DNA of 64,000 nt from Alphaproteobacteria bacterium (lineage in GTDB: Bacteria > Pseudomonadota > Alphaproteobacteria > UBA8366 > CAVOAK01): NCBI GenBank assembly GCA_965217615.1, contig CBDCIT010000047.1, positions 65,522 through 129,521 of the forward strand, in the 5' to 3' direction. Both the position numbers and the translations under genes were made by a program. How positions within the stretch are numbered: position 1 is the first letter of the stretch; each line of letters begins with the position of its first letter. Shown one piece after another: positions 1 through 10,465 of this stretch. The notes beneath the pieces were generated by a model. That model was not told where the DNA came from, searched no databases, and was given only the letters and a program-made list of their open reading frames with translations.

Positions 1-429
1 CGCGACCTTTTGCAAATGGACGTACATCGCGCGCCGCAGGTCGAAAAGAATGCGTTCGGCGACCCGGCCGACCGTAATTTGCTGAATCGTGTTGGCGATG
101 TAGTTGGTGAAAATCATGGCGCCAAATGCCAGCACGGCGAGTGCTAGCAGTTCTCGATTCGTGGCATCACTCACTAGCGCATTGTCAATCGCGAAACGAA
201 TGATCAGCGGGATCGACAATTGCGTCAGCGTGAAGACGATCACCGCCACTACCGCGAGATAGAGAAAATGCCGGTAGGGTCGCACGAAACCAAAGAACAG
301 GTGTATCACCCGGCCGTCGAAGGCGGCTGCAAAGATCGTTTCATCGCGACTGACCTGCGACCCGACCACCGCCCGCGGCGGGCGCGAACGTGAGATATCG
401 TCTGATCTTTGTGTTGGCTTTATCGGCAT
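1..429 (-). CDS. ABC transporter fused permease/ATP-binding protein, N-terminal part (runs off window)
   Basis: Manual translation from ATG at 429: MPIKPTQ...FVRPYRHFLYLAVVAVIVFTLTQLSIPLIIRFAID...ILFDLRRAMYVHLQKV, a typical ABC membrane domain; tandem with the 445-2355 gene. Confidence 0.85.
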   Translation of the reverse strand, partial: MPIKPTQRSDDISRSRPPRAVVGSQVSRDETIFAAAFDGRVIHLFFGFVRPYRHFLYLAVVAVIVFTLTQLSIPLIIRFAIDNALVSDATNRELLALAVLAFGAMIFTNYIANTIQQITVGRVAERILFDLRRAMYVHLQKVA

Positions 430-444
430 ATTGTTAGGCGCTCC

Positions 445-2355
445 CTAGACGCCCAAATCTTTCGGCTGGCCCGACAAGTCACTCATTACGCCATGGTCTT
501 CGCCGGGCTTGATTTGTAACTCGTAGAGATCGCGATACTTACCGCCTTGCGCGATCAGCTTGTCGTGGCTTCCGCGCTCGACGATGCGGCCGTTTTCCAA
601 AAACAAAATCTCATTGGCGTGCATCAGCGAGCTGAGCCGATGAGAAATAATGATGACCGCCTGTTCTTTCGTGACCTCTCGAATGGAGGTCCGGATGCGT
701 TGCTCGGTTGCCGCGTCTATTGCTGCCGTCGAGTCATCGAAAACCATGATCGCTGGTTTCAGCATGACGCTGCGCGCAATCGAAAGCCGTTGACGCTGCC
801 CACCGGAAAGCGAAACGCCACGCTCGCCGACAAGGGTTTCATATCCCGTCGGCAGCCGCCGGACGTGATCGTGCAGTTGCGCTCCAACAGCCGCAAACTC
901 GATTCTATCGCTGTCTGCCCAGGGGTCTCCGTATGCCACGTTGTTTTCAATCGAGGCGGTGAACAGGAAGGTGTCCTGTTGAACCACGCCCACGGCCTGG
1001 CGCACCGACTCGATTGTTACGTCGCGCAGATCCTGACCGTCGATGGTAATGCGGCCGCTCGCCACGTCGTAATAACGCGGAATGAGATGGGCGATCGTCG
1101 ACTTGCCGCTGCCGGGCGGGCCAACGATACCAATTGTATGGCCTGGTTTTGCCGTGAAATTAATACCTGCGAGAACTTTGCTGTCGGCGAATTCGTTGTC
1201 GAATGTAAAACCCACATCCTCGAAACGAAGGACGCCGTCGCTCAACTGCAGCTCCTTGGCGTCGGGCTTGTTTTGAATCTGTGGCTCTAGGTCAAGAAAC
1301 TCGAACAAGCGCCCGCCGGATATGGACGCGCGCGCGATCGAGTTGACCATCATTCCCAGTTGCCGCACCGGCATCTGCAGTATCGCCATGAAGGCCAGAA
1401 ATTCGGCGAGTTGGCCGACCGTAATATCGCCGACGATAACTTTGAGGCCGCCAAACCATAGCAATAGTCCCATTGCTATGAAATATGCGAACGACATGAC
1501 CGTTGTGTTTCGCATGCGGACTGTGACGCGTTCGTTGGCGGTCTCGAACGCATGGTCGGACATATCGTTGAACTTTGAGATTTCGTAGTCCTGCGCGGCG
1601 AATGCGCGGACAACGCGAATCCCGCCCAAATTTTCTTCCATGATTCGGGTCAATTCGCCAAGCCGTTCCTGCAGATTGAGCCAAATCCGCCGGAGCTTCA
1701 TCCTAGCGATGACTGCGCGCCAGGCGACGAACGGGACAAAACTGAGACTGACCGCTGCCAGGGCGGCATCGGTGCTGATGAGTAGATACGAACCAACACC
1801 GATAAGAATTGCGAGCAGGATCATTCTGAGGATGCCCGAATCCACGAACATCCTTACGCCCTCAACGTCCAGCATGCCGCGGGTGATCAGGTCACCGGTA
1901 TGTACGCTGTCGTGAAAACTGAAGCTGAGCTGCTGGAGTTTGGCGTAATAGGCCAGCCGCAGCTCGTAGCCGATGCTGTGGCCAATTGCCTCGCCCTCGT
2001 AGTTGTGGACCATCGTAAAGAGGCCGCGCAGAACGGCGGCGCCCAAGAGCAGTGCCGCGGCAACGAGCAAAGCGGCCTGCGCCTCTGCGTCGGTTCCCTG
2101 CGCGCCCTCCAGCATACCTTGAGCGTTGTCGACCGCTTTGCCTAGGAACTGAGGAATGAGCAGCTGAAATATAGCCGCCGTAATGACCGCGGCAACTGCG
2201 CTCAGCATGCGCCAACGATATCCGAATGCCATCCGCGCAATGCGCAGCAGCGTATCGACGCTGTGCTCCGCGCCGCTACCAAGTGCCTTCGCTTGACCGT
2301 ACGATTTTGCGCTACGTCCCTCTGAGGGCCGGGCGCTCTCACCTATGGACGTCAC
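445..2355 (-). CDS. ABC exporter, fused permease/ATPase (MdlA/MsbA-like heterodimer partner)
   Basis: TM domain plus Walker A GPPGSGKS, signature LSGGQRQR and degenerate Walker B MVFDDS. Confidence 0.92.
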   Translation of the reverse strand: MTSIGESARPSEGRSAKSYGQAKALGSGAEHSVDTLLRIARMAFGYRWRMLSAVAAVITAAIFQLLIPQFLGKAVDNAQGMLEGAQGTDAEAQAALLVAAALLLGAAVLRGLFTMVHNYEGEAIGHSIGYELRLAYYAKLQQLSFSFHDSVHTGDLITRGMLDVEGVRMFVDSGILRMILLAILIGVGSYLLISTDAALAAVSLSFVPFVAWRAVIARMKLRRIWLNLQERLGELTRIMEENLGGIRVVRAFAAQDYEISKFNDMSDHAFETANERVTVRMRNTTVMSFAYFIAMGLLLWFGGLKVIVGDITVGQLAEFLAFMAILQMPVRQLGMMVNSIARASISGGRLFEFLDLEPQIQNKPDAKELQLSDGVLRFEDVGFTFDNEFADSKVLAGINFTAKPGHTIGIVGPPGSGKSTIAHLIPRYYDVASGRITIDGQDLRDVTIESVRQAVGVVQQDTFLFTASIENNVAYGDPWADSDRIEFAAVGAQLHDHVRRLPTGYETLVGERGVSLSGGQRQRLSIARSVMLKPAIMVFDDSTAAIDAATEQRIRTSIREVTKEQAVIIISHRLSSLMHANEILFLENGRIVERGSHDKLIAQGGKYRDLYELQIKPGEDHGVMSDLSGQPKDLGV

Positions 2356-2546
2356 TACACCTCTTGGACTCGAGGTCGGACCTTGTTCTTCACGACATCA
2401 CGCCGGACGCATCCACTGTCTGCGCGGCGCGACATACGCTTACCCGCGATGCCGAAGCGCACCGTACCGGAAATCTTAAGGTACCGATGGAAAGTTTCCT
2501 TAATATGCCACGGATCGTTTGATCGTACTAGTTTCTAAATGGCGTG

Positions 2547-3893
2547 TGTCGCTAACACACGATATGACCGGTCTATGTAACAGATGATCTGTCCGGTTTT
2601 AGATTTCCTCCAAATCTGGAGGAATCGGATGCGCCGGACGGAGCAGTTGCAGGGACTGAGATTGATGAAGTTCGAGGATGTCTACGGACGTTGTTATCGG
2701 GGTGATTTGAGCCAGGCCGAGGCCTCGAAGATCCTGGGCATGTCGGAGCGGACGTTCCGGCGCTGGCGGGAGCGCTATGAGGCCGAGGGTGCCGAGGGTT
2801 TGTACGACCGGCGCCTTGGGCGGGTCTCGGCGCGCCGCGCGCCGGTGGACGAGGTGATGCGGGTGCTGGAGCTGTTCGAGACGCGCTACCCGGACTTCAC
2901 GGCCAAGCACTTCCACGAGAAGCTGGTCTGCGAGCATGGCTTCGGGCTGAGCTACAACTGGCTTCGCCTGAGCTTGCAGGCGCACGGCAAGATCAAGCCG
3001 GCGCCCAGGCGCGGAGCGCACCGCCGGAAGCGGCCGCGCCGACCGGTGGTGGGGATGCTGCTGCACCAGGACGGCTCGAGCCACGAGTGGGTTGCGGGCC
3101 AGTGGTGGGATCTGATCGTGACCATGGACGATGCGACATCGGAGGTCTATTCGGGCTTCTTCGTTGCCGAGGAGGGCACGATGAGCACGTTCCGCGGGCT
3201 CGGGAGGTGATCGCCGAAAACGGGCTGTTCTGCTCGCTCTACGCCGATCGGGCCTCGCACTACTGGCACACGCCCGAGGCAGGCGGCGGTGTGGACAAGG
3301 ACAACCCGACCCAGATCGGCCGGGCCTTGGCGCAGCTCGGCATCGAGTTGATCGCGGCCTATTCGCCGCAGGCCCGTGGCCGCTCGGAGCGCATGTTCGG
3401 GACCTTGCAGAAGCGCCTGCCCCAGGAGCTGCGCCTCGCCGGGATCGCCACCATGGCCGAGGCCAATCGCTTTCTCGAGGAGCTCTTCTGGCCGGCGCAC
3501 AACGCCCGCTTCGCCCGCCCGGCCGCGGACACCGGCTCGGCCTTCGTGGCTTTTGCCGGCACGCTCGAGGACATCCTCTGCGCCCAGGAGGACCGCGTCG
3601 TCGCGGGCGACAACACCGTGCGCTACAAGAACCGCACGCTGCAGATCCCGGCCGATCGCCACCGCCACCACTACGTCAAGGCGCAGGTCCGGGTGCACGA
3701 ATATCCCGACGGCCACCTGGCCGTCTTCCACGGACCCAGGTGTCTGGCGCGCTACCGCGCCGACGGCGAAACCATCGACGACGACAGGCTCCAGGCCGCG
3801 TGACCCGCTTCGACGCGACCGAGCCAAACCACCACAACAGAAGCGGTCAATTCATATGGTACATAAAGCGGTCAACTCAGTTTGTTATCGACA
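2547..3893 (+). mobile_element. IS1202-type (ISNCY/IS481-related) insertion sequence, copy 1
   Basis: Ends TGTCGCTAACA...TGTTATCGACA; flanked by GTTTCTAAATGGCGTG (2531-2546) and GTTTCGAAATGGCGTG (3894-3909), a 16-bp direct repeat with 1 mismatch; second copy at 13355-14701. Confidence 0.9.
2629..3803 (+). CDS. DDE transposase (HTH + rve core), split by a frameshift near 3202-3204
   Basis: ATG 2629 after GGAGG; LLHQDGSSH in the first frame, then LYADRASHY and GRSERMFGTLQKRL in the second frame. Confidence 0.85.
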
Positions 3894-4022
3894 GTTTCGA
3901 AATGGCGTGTGGCGCGTATGGTGGTTGTTTGCAGCCGCGCTGCGAATACCCTAGGTTGATCGCCGCATGAACTCTGCCGACAAGTGGCCAGAATTTGGCA
4001 GCAGAATCTAGGGTCGCGGACG

Positions 4023-4910
4023 ATGGCGAATGATGGTGCGCCGACCGAGCAAACGGTGAACATCGCCCGGTCGCCGACGATAGAGATGCCATCCGGCAAG
4101 GACATTGCCTACGAGAACTTCCCCGTGGGTTCTTTGCTGTTGCCACCGCGGTTGCGACCGCACGTCACCAGCTTCTATCGCTTTGCGCGGGCGGCCGACG
4201 ATATCGCCGACAATGCGGCACTGACGGCCGAAGAGAAAATTGCGCGCCTTGATCGCTTCGGTGAGGCCCTAGCTGGCCGCGAGATGAACGATCCCGCGTG
4301 TGAGGCGGCCAATCACATGCGAGAAAGCCTCACCGAAACCGGCGTAACGCCACGTCACTGTGCCGATCTACTGGCCGCGTTCAAGCAGGACGCGACCAAG
4401 CTTCGCTACGACGATTGGGACGACTTGATGGCGTATTGTCATCTCTCGGCGGCACCGGTCGGCCGATACCTGCTCGATCTGCATGGCGGTTCGCGCAATG
4501 GCTATGCCGCGGCCGACGCGCTGTGCATGGCATTGCAGGTTATCAATCATCTGCAGGACTGCCGTGAGGATTATCTTATCCTCGACCGGGTCTATCTACC
4601 GCTTGACTGGATGGACGCAGAGAGCGTTTCCCTCGACGCACTCTCCTCGAGGCGAACAATCCCACCATTGCGCGCCGTGTTCGACCGCGTGATCGGGGCG
4701 ACACTTACACTTCTATCGCATGCCACGGCGTTGCCCGGAGGCCTGGCTAGTCGGCGCCTTGCCATGGAGGCTGGTGCAACTCTTGCCATTGCCCGGCGTC
4801 TCGTTCGATTACTCGAACGAATGGACCCGCTTGCGCAACGCGTCGAGCTCTCGAAATTGGACTTCTTGGCATGTTGCGCAAAGGGCGTGGTGCAGGGGCT
4901 CGTTCGATGA
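4023..4910 (+). CDS. hpnC: Squalene synthase HpnC (hydroxysqualene synthase)
   Basis: YENFPVGS, ARAADDIAD and QVINHLQD motifs; hopanoid context; start uncertain (3984-4086). Confidence 0.92.
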   Translation: MANDGAPTEQTVNIARSPTIEMPSGKDIAYENFPVGSLLLPPRLRPHVTSFYRFARAADDIADNAALTAEEKIARLDRFGEALAGREMNDPACEAANHMRESLTETGVTPRHCADLLAAFKQDATKLRYDDWDDLMAYCHLSAAPVGRYLLDLHGGSRNGYAAADALCMALQVINHLQDCREDYLILDRVYLPLDWMDAESVSLDALSSRRTIPPLRAVFDRVIGATLTLLSHATALPGGLASRRLAMEAGATLAIARRLVRLLERMDPLAQRVELSKLDFLACCAKGVVQGLVR

Positions 4911-4932
4911 ATGCGCCAGGGACACCCATGCG

Positions 4933-6099
4933 ATGAATTTCGCATACTTGAGCCTAGCGGCGGCGTCGATTTTGGTTTGGGTGGGTATGCTGTTTTTCCG
5001 TGGCGGATATTGGCGGGCGCGAGAACGGCTTTGCGGGGTGGTGACGGACCGACTGAGATGGCCTGCAGTTGCAGCAATTATCCCGGCCCGGAACGAGGCC
5101 AAAACGGTTTTCCCTACGATCGAAGCGCTCATGCGGCAGGACTATCCGGGACCGTTCTCGATATCGCTCGTCGACGACGGCAGTGAAGACGGTACCGCAG
5201 AGCTCGCCCGATCGGCGTCAGATGAGTCGAGACCGCTCCGTATTATTTCCGGGACGGAGCTCGCACCAGGCTGGACCGGTAAGCTGTGGGCGCTCAGCCA
5301 AGGTTTGGACGATGCGCGCTCGACACAGCCGGACACAACGTATTTTCTGCTGACTGATGCCGACATCGTCTTCGAACCGGACCTGCTGCGCCGGCTTGTT
5401 GTCAAGGCCGAAGATGAAGAGCTCGATCTCGTTTCGTTGATGGCAATGCTTCACTGTCGGGGATTTTGGGAGCGCCTGTTGATTCCGGCGTTCGTGTTCT
5501 TCTTTCAGATGGTCTATCCGTTTCCCCATGTTAACGATCCGAATCGAACCGACGCTGCTGCGGCTGGCGGCTGCATGCTCGTGCGCACCACGGCCCTCGA
5601 CCGTTCGGGTGGCATAGGCGTGATTCGAAATAGATTAATTGACGACTGTGCGCTTGCCGCCGAGATCAAACGAAATGGGCCAATATGGCTCGGTTTAAGC
5701 GGCAGCCTCGAAAGCCATCGCGCATACCACGGGCTGGCCGAGATATGGTCGATGGTTGTGCGCACGGCCTTCGAGCAGCTCAATCATTCCGCGGCCCGGC
5801 TTGTCGCCACCGTGACAGCAATGGCCGTTATTTTCATCGTGCCGCCCATTTCAGCTATCGCTGGACTCACCGCGGGGAATGCACCTTTGGCACTCTTGGG
5901 CGGCGGCGGTTTGCTGGCAATGGTTTTCGCCTATCGGCCGATGCTTCTCCTATACCGGCAGCCGGTACTGTGGGAGCTGTCATTGCCCGTTGCCGGACTG
6001 CTGTTGACATTGATGACTGTCGATTCAGCCCGGCGTCATTGGGGTGGCCTTGGCGGATGTTGGAAGGGCCGCATTTATCGGCGGCCAGCGCGCGGCTAG
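4933..6099 (+). CDS. hpnB: Hopanoid-associated GT2 glycosyltransferase HpnB
   Basis: IIPARNEA, VDDGSEDGT, GWTGKLWAL, TDAD, AAAGGCML, LIDDCALA and terminal WKGR. Confidence 0.88.
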   Translation: MNFAYLSLAAASILVWVGMLFFRGGYWRARERLCGVVTDRLRWPAVAAIIPARNEAKTVFPTIEALMRQDYPGPFSISLVDDGSEDGTAELARSASDESRPLRIISGTELAPGWTGKLWALSQGLDDARSTQPDTTYFLLTDADIVFEPDLLRRLVVKAEDEELDLVSLMAMLHCRGFWERLLIPAFVFFFQMVYPFPHVNDPNRTDAAAAGGCMLVRTTALDRSGGIGVIRNRLIDDCALAAEIKRNGPIWLGLSGSLESHRAYHGLAEIWSMVVRTAFEQLNHSAARLVATVTAMAVIFIVPPISAIAGLTAGNAPLALLGGGGLLAMVFAYRPMLLLYRQPVLWELSLPVAGLLLTLMTVDSARRHWGGLGGCWKGRIYRRPARG

Positions 6100-6941
6100 T
6101 GCGAATTTGGCGGTTGGCCGGAATCAGGAGCCATGACGACGGATCAAACCCCTAGTGTGACCGTAGCTGACGCCGGCAGTGCAGAGGCTTCAACCAGCCA
6201 CGGCGCTTCTGACGTCGACGCTATCGTGCGCCGCTCCGGCTCGTCTTTCTATTGGGCGATGCGTATCCTGCCGGCGGAACGACGTCAGGCCATGTTTGCG
6301 CTCTACGCGTACTGCCGAGAGGTGGATGACATTGCCGACGAGGCCGGCACGCCGGACGAAAAGTACGCCCGCTTACAAGAGTGGCGCGCGGAGGTCGACC
6401 GCCTGTTCGCGGGCAAACCAGTAGATCCCGTTGCGCGAGCTCTTGTGGATCCCGTCAGCCGATTCAGGCTTCCCAAAGAAGATTTTCTTCACGTCATCGA
6501 AGGCATGGAAATGGACGCGTGCGACGCTGTGCGGATCGCTGACATGGATGCACTCCGGAACTACTGTGATCATGTGGCATGCGCGGTAGGCCGCCTCTCT
6601 GTTCGCATATTTGGGCTGCCGCAGAAGCAGGGTGAGGAGCTTGCGGACGCGTTAGGCCAGGCGCTTCAACTCACCAATATTTTGCGCGACTTGGACGAGG
6701 ACGCGCGCGCCGACAGGCTCTATTTACCGCAAAGCCTCCTAACCGCGCATGGCATTGCGAAGACTGATCCGTTGGCGACTCTTGCCGATCCGGCAATTTC
6801 GGGAGTCTGCGAGGAACTGGCGCGGGTCGCGCAACAAAGATTTGACGACACAGTTGCCATTATGAGGACGTGCGACGGCCGGCGAGTTCGCCCTGCCAGA
6901 CTCATGATGGAAAGCTATCGTCGGCTGTTGGATAGACTCAA

Positions 6942-8226
6942 GGGCACCTCTAAGAATTCGCGATTTGACAGAGGATGATTGGTTAAACGGGCTGTGGCCG
7001 TCTGCGGCCATGCTGGCACCGGGATTTCCGGGAGTTTCCCGCGCTCCAATTGAGCTATTTCCGCTTCAAGACCGTGCCCAGGCGATCTCCTACTCAGAGT
7101 ATTGTCACACCGCCGCGGCGAGGCGGTTCAGTTGGACCAGACGGCGCATGTTGTAGGCGAGGTTCTTCAGCCCTATCCGAGCCTTTGCCCGCGCCAGCCC
7201 GACACTACGCAGCAGCGTCCCGCCCATGTCGTTGCTCTGGGCCCCGAAAACATGCTCGACGCGGACCCGAACGGACGAACGGGTCTTGTTGCCTTGCTTC
7301 TCGCGCTCGCTCAGCGGCTTGTTGCGGCGGGCTTTGCGATGGATCCGGCTCCTCAACCCCTTCTTCTTCAGCGCCGCCTCGATCTCCGCCGAGCGATAAG
7401 CGCTGTCCGCCCATACGCCCAAGGCCGTGTTGTCCCCATCCAGGATATCGTCGAGAACCTTACTGTCGTGCGTCGCCGCGTCGCTCACCTGATAGCGCCG
7501 CACCAGCTTGTGCCGACGGTCCACGTTGACATGGTTCTTGTAGCCGTAATGGCTCCTGCCGTGCTTCTTGGTCCACCGCGCCTCGACATCCTTTTGGCGC
7601 CGCTTTGCCGGCTTATCCTGCCAGCATTCCGGCGTCTCGCCAGCCTTTATCCCCGCGTTCTCCTTGCGGCTGTTGCGCTGTTTGGGCACCGCCACGATCG
7701 AGGCGTCGATGATCTGGCCGCCCATCGCCAGATAGCCCTGATCCTTCAGGTGGCCATCGAACGTCTCGAATAAGGTCTCGATCACCCCAGCTTGCGTCAA
7801 CTGTTCGCGGTACAGCCACACTGTCTTGGCATCGGGAACCCGGTCCTCCAGACCCAACCCCAAAAACCGCATGAACGACAGACGATCCCGGATCTGATGC
7901 TCAACCTGATCGTCCGACAGATTGTAGAGTGCGCTCAGAATGATCGTCTTGAACATCACCACCGCGTCCCACGGCTTGCGTCCCGCCCGCGACTTGCGCG
8001 CCTTGTCCGAACGCCGACACACCGCATCCAAACACCCACGGAAGTCTTCCCACGGAACAACCTCGTCGATCTTCGCCAGAGGCTCGTTCTTGGCGTCCAG
8101 CCCGGTATACCGCTTCGAAAGATCAAAAAATCCTATCTGACCCATGAACACCCCTCCCGATGTCAACAAATCGTCAACCCGATTCTAAACCGACGGTGCG
8201 CGAAAATGGCATTTTTAGAGGTGCCC
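6942..8226 (-). mobile_element. IS5-family insertion sequence
   Basis: Perfect 12-bp terminal IR GGGCACCTCTAA / TTAGAGGTGCCC; 4-bp target duplication TCAA (6938-6941, 8227-8230). Confidence 0.95.
7105..8145 (-). CDS. IS5-family transposase (intact)
   Basis: MGQIGFFD start, IIDASIV, YGYKNH, WADSAY, RVRVEHVFG, KNLAYNMRR. Confidence 0.93.
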   Translation of the reverse strand: MGQIGFFDLSKRYTGLDAKNEPLAKIDEVVPWEDFRGCLDAVCRRSDKARKSRAGRKPWDAVVMFKTIILSALYNLSDDQVEHQIRDRLSFMRFLGLGLEDRVPDAKTVWLYREQLTQAGVIETLFETFDGHLKDQGYLAMGGQIIDASIVAVPKQRNSRKENAGIKAGETPECWQDKPAKRRQKDVEARWTKKHGRSHYGYKNHVNVDRRHKLVRRYQVSDAATHDSKVLDDILDGDNTALGVWADSAYRSAEIEAALKKKGLRSRIHRKARRNKPLSEREKQGNKTRSSVRVRVEHVFGAQSNDMGGTLLRSVGLARAKARIGLKNLAYNMRRLVQLNRLAAAV

Positions 8227-8431
8227 TCAAGCGACGAGGCTGGCACCGCGGAAGCGAGCGGATGTCTCTGCCCATGGTATGGAAGCTCTGGATCATCTTC
8301 CGCTATGGATTGAAGTAGCTGGCATCCGCTGAGGCGGTACATGATGTTACAAAACAAACCATGCTCGGCCTTGACATCGGGTCGCATTTGGACGCAACAA
8401 CGCGCGTGCAGTGCATTGACGGGTTGGTCAG

Positions 8432-10465
8432 ATGGCTTTGATCCATGCCCTCGAAACAGGAATTTCGGACGACGAAGTGAAAACTGCTCAGGATCTAGTC
8501 GAAACTAGCGACGACGCCTCGCGGGACAACGCCTCGCAGGGCGGCGACCGCTCGCTCGGCCCAGCACTTGACGAGACCATCGAAGCGGCGGTGAACTGGC
8601 TCGCAGGTCGGCAGGCGGAGGACGGACATTGGGCCTTCGAGCTCGAGGCGGATGCAACAATTCCGTCCGAATACATCTTGCTCAACCACTTCCTCGGCGA
8701 CATCGATGCCGATGTCGAGGAGAAGCTCGCCGCCTATCTTAGATCGACGCAGGGCAGGCACGGCGGTTGGCCGCTATATCACGATGGCGATTTCGACGTC
8801 AGCGCGACCGTGAAAGCGTATTACGCGCTCAAACTTACGGGAGAGGATGTTTCGGCGCCGCATATGAAGCTGGCGCGGGAGGCGGTTCTCGCTCATGGCG
8901 GAGCGGCAAAATGCAATGTATTCACCCGCACGGCTCTCGCCCTGTTCGGTCAAGTTCCATGGCGTGCAGTACCGGTGATGTGGGTCGAAGCACTGCTTTT
9001 GCCTAAGTGGTCGCCGCTCAATATTTATCGCGTATCCTACTGGTCGCGAACCGTGATGGTTCCGCTGATGGTGGTCGTGGCGCTACGTCCGCTGGCGCGC
9101 AATCCGCGGCAGATCGATATTCGAGAACTGTTCGTAGTGCCGCCAGAACAGGAACGACATTACTTCACCAATCCTACCGGCCACTGGCTGGGCGAATTCA
9201 TGCTCGTCGCCGATCGTCTGCTCCGCGTACTGTTTGAGCCGCTACGCCCTGGCTTTTTCAAGCGGCTTGCGATTAGAAAAGCGATGGACTTTGTCACCGA
9301 TCGGTTGAACGGTGTTGACGGTCTCGGCGCCATATTTCCTGCTATTGCAAACACAATCATGGCGTTTGACGCGCTTGCCTATCCGCACGATCAATCGGAA
9401 TTTGCCAACGCGCGGGAGGCGTTGCGCCGTCTCCTAATCCTCAAGGACGATTTCGGGTATTGCCAGCCCTGTGTGTCTCCAGTGTGGGATACCGGGCTCG
9501 CCAGCCATGCATTGTTGGAGGCCGATGTTACCGGGCAAGATTCCATTGCGTCGCGTGCAACCGAATGGCTTTGCGACCGTCAAATTCTCGATGTGGTGGG
9601 GGACTGGAGCACCAACCGCGGAAACCTGAGGCCGGGCGGCTGGGCTTTTCAGTACCGCAATGACTACTACCCCGACATCGACGATACCGCAGTTGTCGTT
9701 ATGGCTTTGGACCGCGCGGATTGCAGCAAGTACCGTGCGGCAATAGAGCGTGGTGCCGAATGGGTGATCGGCATGCAAAGTCAAAATGGTGGCTGGGGTG
9801 CATTCGATGCCGATAACGAATATCGCTTGCTCGAACACATACCGTTTGCCGACCACAACGCGCTACTCGATCCGCCGACAGCTGACGTTACTGCACGCTG
9901 CGTTGGCATGCTCGTGCAATTGGGCTATGACCGCAGCAATCAAGCTGTAACGCGTGGCCTTGAGTATTTGAAACGCGACCAGTATGAGGACGGTTCATGG
10001 TTCGGGCGCTGGGGCACCAACTACATATACGGCACATGGTCTGTACTTTGCGCTTTCAACGCCGCCGGCGGCGAAGATCTGCAGCCGCTGATCGACAAAG
10101 CAGTCGTGTGGCTCAAGTCGCGCCAGCATCCTGACGGTGGCTGGGGCGAGGACTGCGCCTCATACTGGGAGCATCGAAAAAACGAGGTCAAGAAGAGCAC
10201 GCCCACCCAGACAGCTTGGGCGCTTCTCGCTTTAATGAGGGCGGATGAGGTGGAGTCGACAAGCGTACGCCGCGGCATCGACTACCTGCTAGGAGCGCCC
10301 CGCGAAGGCGGGGAATGGAAAGAGCAGTACTTCAATGCAGTCGGGTTTCCCCGCGTTTTCTACCTTCACTATCACGGGTACAACGCCTACTTCCCGTTGT
10401 GGGCCCTGGCGCGCTACCGCTCACTCCGGCTGAGAAGCTCCCCGAAGCTGAATTATGGAATCTAA
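8432..10465 (+). CDS. shc: Squalene-hopene cyclase (HpnF)
   Basis: DIDDTA catalytic DXDD motif, QW repeats, SPVWDT, GFPRVFYLHY. Confidence 0.97.
   Translation: MALIHALETGISDDEVKTAQDLVETSDDASRDNASQGGDRSLGPALDETIEAAVNWLAGRQAEDGHWAFELEADATIPSEYILLNHFLGDIDADVEEKLAAYLRSTQGRHGGWPLYHDGDFDVSATVKAYYALKLTGEDVSAPHMKLAREAVLAHGGAAKCNVFTRTALALFGQVPWRAVPVMWVEALLLPKWSPLNIYRVSYWSRTVMVPLMVVVALRPLARNPRQIDIRELFVVPPEQERHYFTNPTGHWLGEFMLVADRLLRVLFEPLRPGFFKRLAIRKAMDFVTDRLNGVDGLGAIFPAIANTIMAFDALAYPHDQSEFANAREALRRLLILKDDFGYCQPCVSPVWDTGLASHALLEADVTGQDSIASRATEWLCDRQILDVVGDWSTNRGNLRPGGWAFQYRNDYYPDIDDTAVVVMALDRADCSKYRAAIERGAEWVIGMQSQNGGWGAFDADNEYRLLEHIPFADHNALLDPPTADVTARCVGMLVQLGYDRSNQAVTRGLEYLKRDQYEDGSWFGRWGTNYIYGTWSVLCAFNAAGGEDLQPLIDKAVVWLKSRQHPDGGWGEDCASYWEHRKNEVKKSTPTQTAWALLALMRADEVESTSVRRGIDYLLGAPREGGEWKEQYFNAVGFPRVFYLHYHGYNAYFPLWALARYRSLRLRSSPKLNYGI

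Larger units (their letters stand above)
6133..8318 (+). pseudogene. hpnD: Presqualene diphosphate synthase HpnD interrupted near its 3' end by IS5
   Basis: SGSSFYWAM, CREVDDIAD, QLTNILRD. Removing 6942-8226 plus one TCAA restores ...DRLKRRGWHRGSERMSLPMVWKLWIIFRYGLK* ending at 8318. As it stands the ORF is 6133-6978. Confidence 0.9.
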
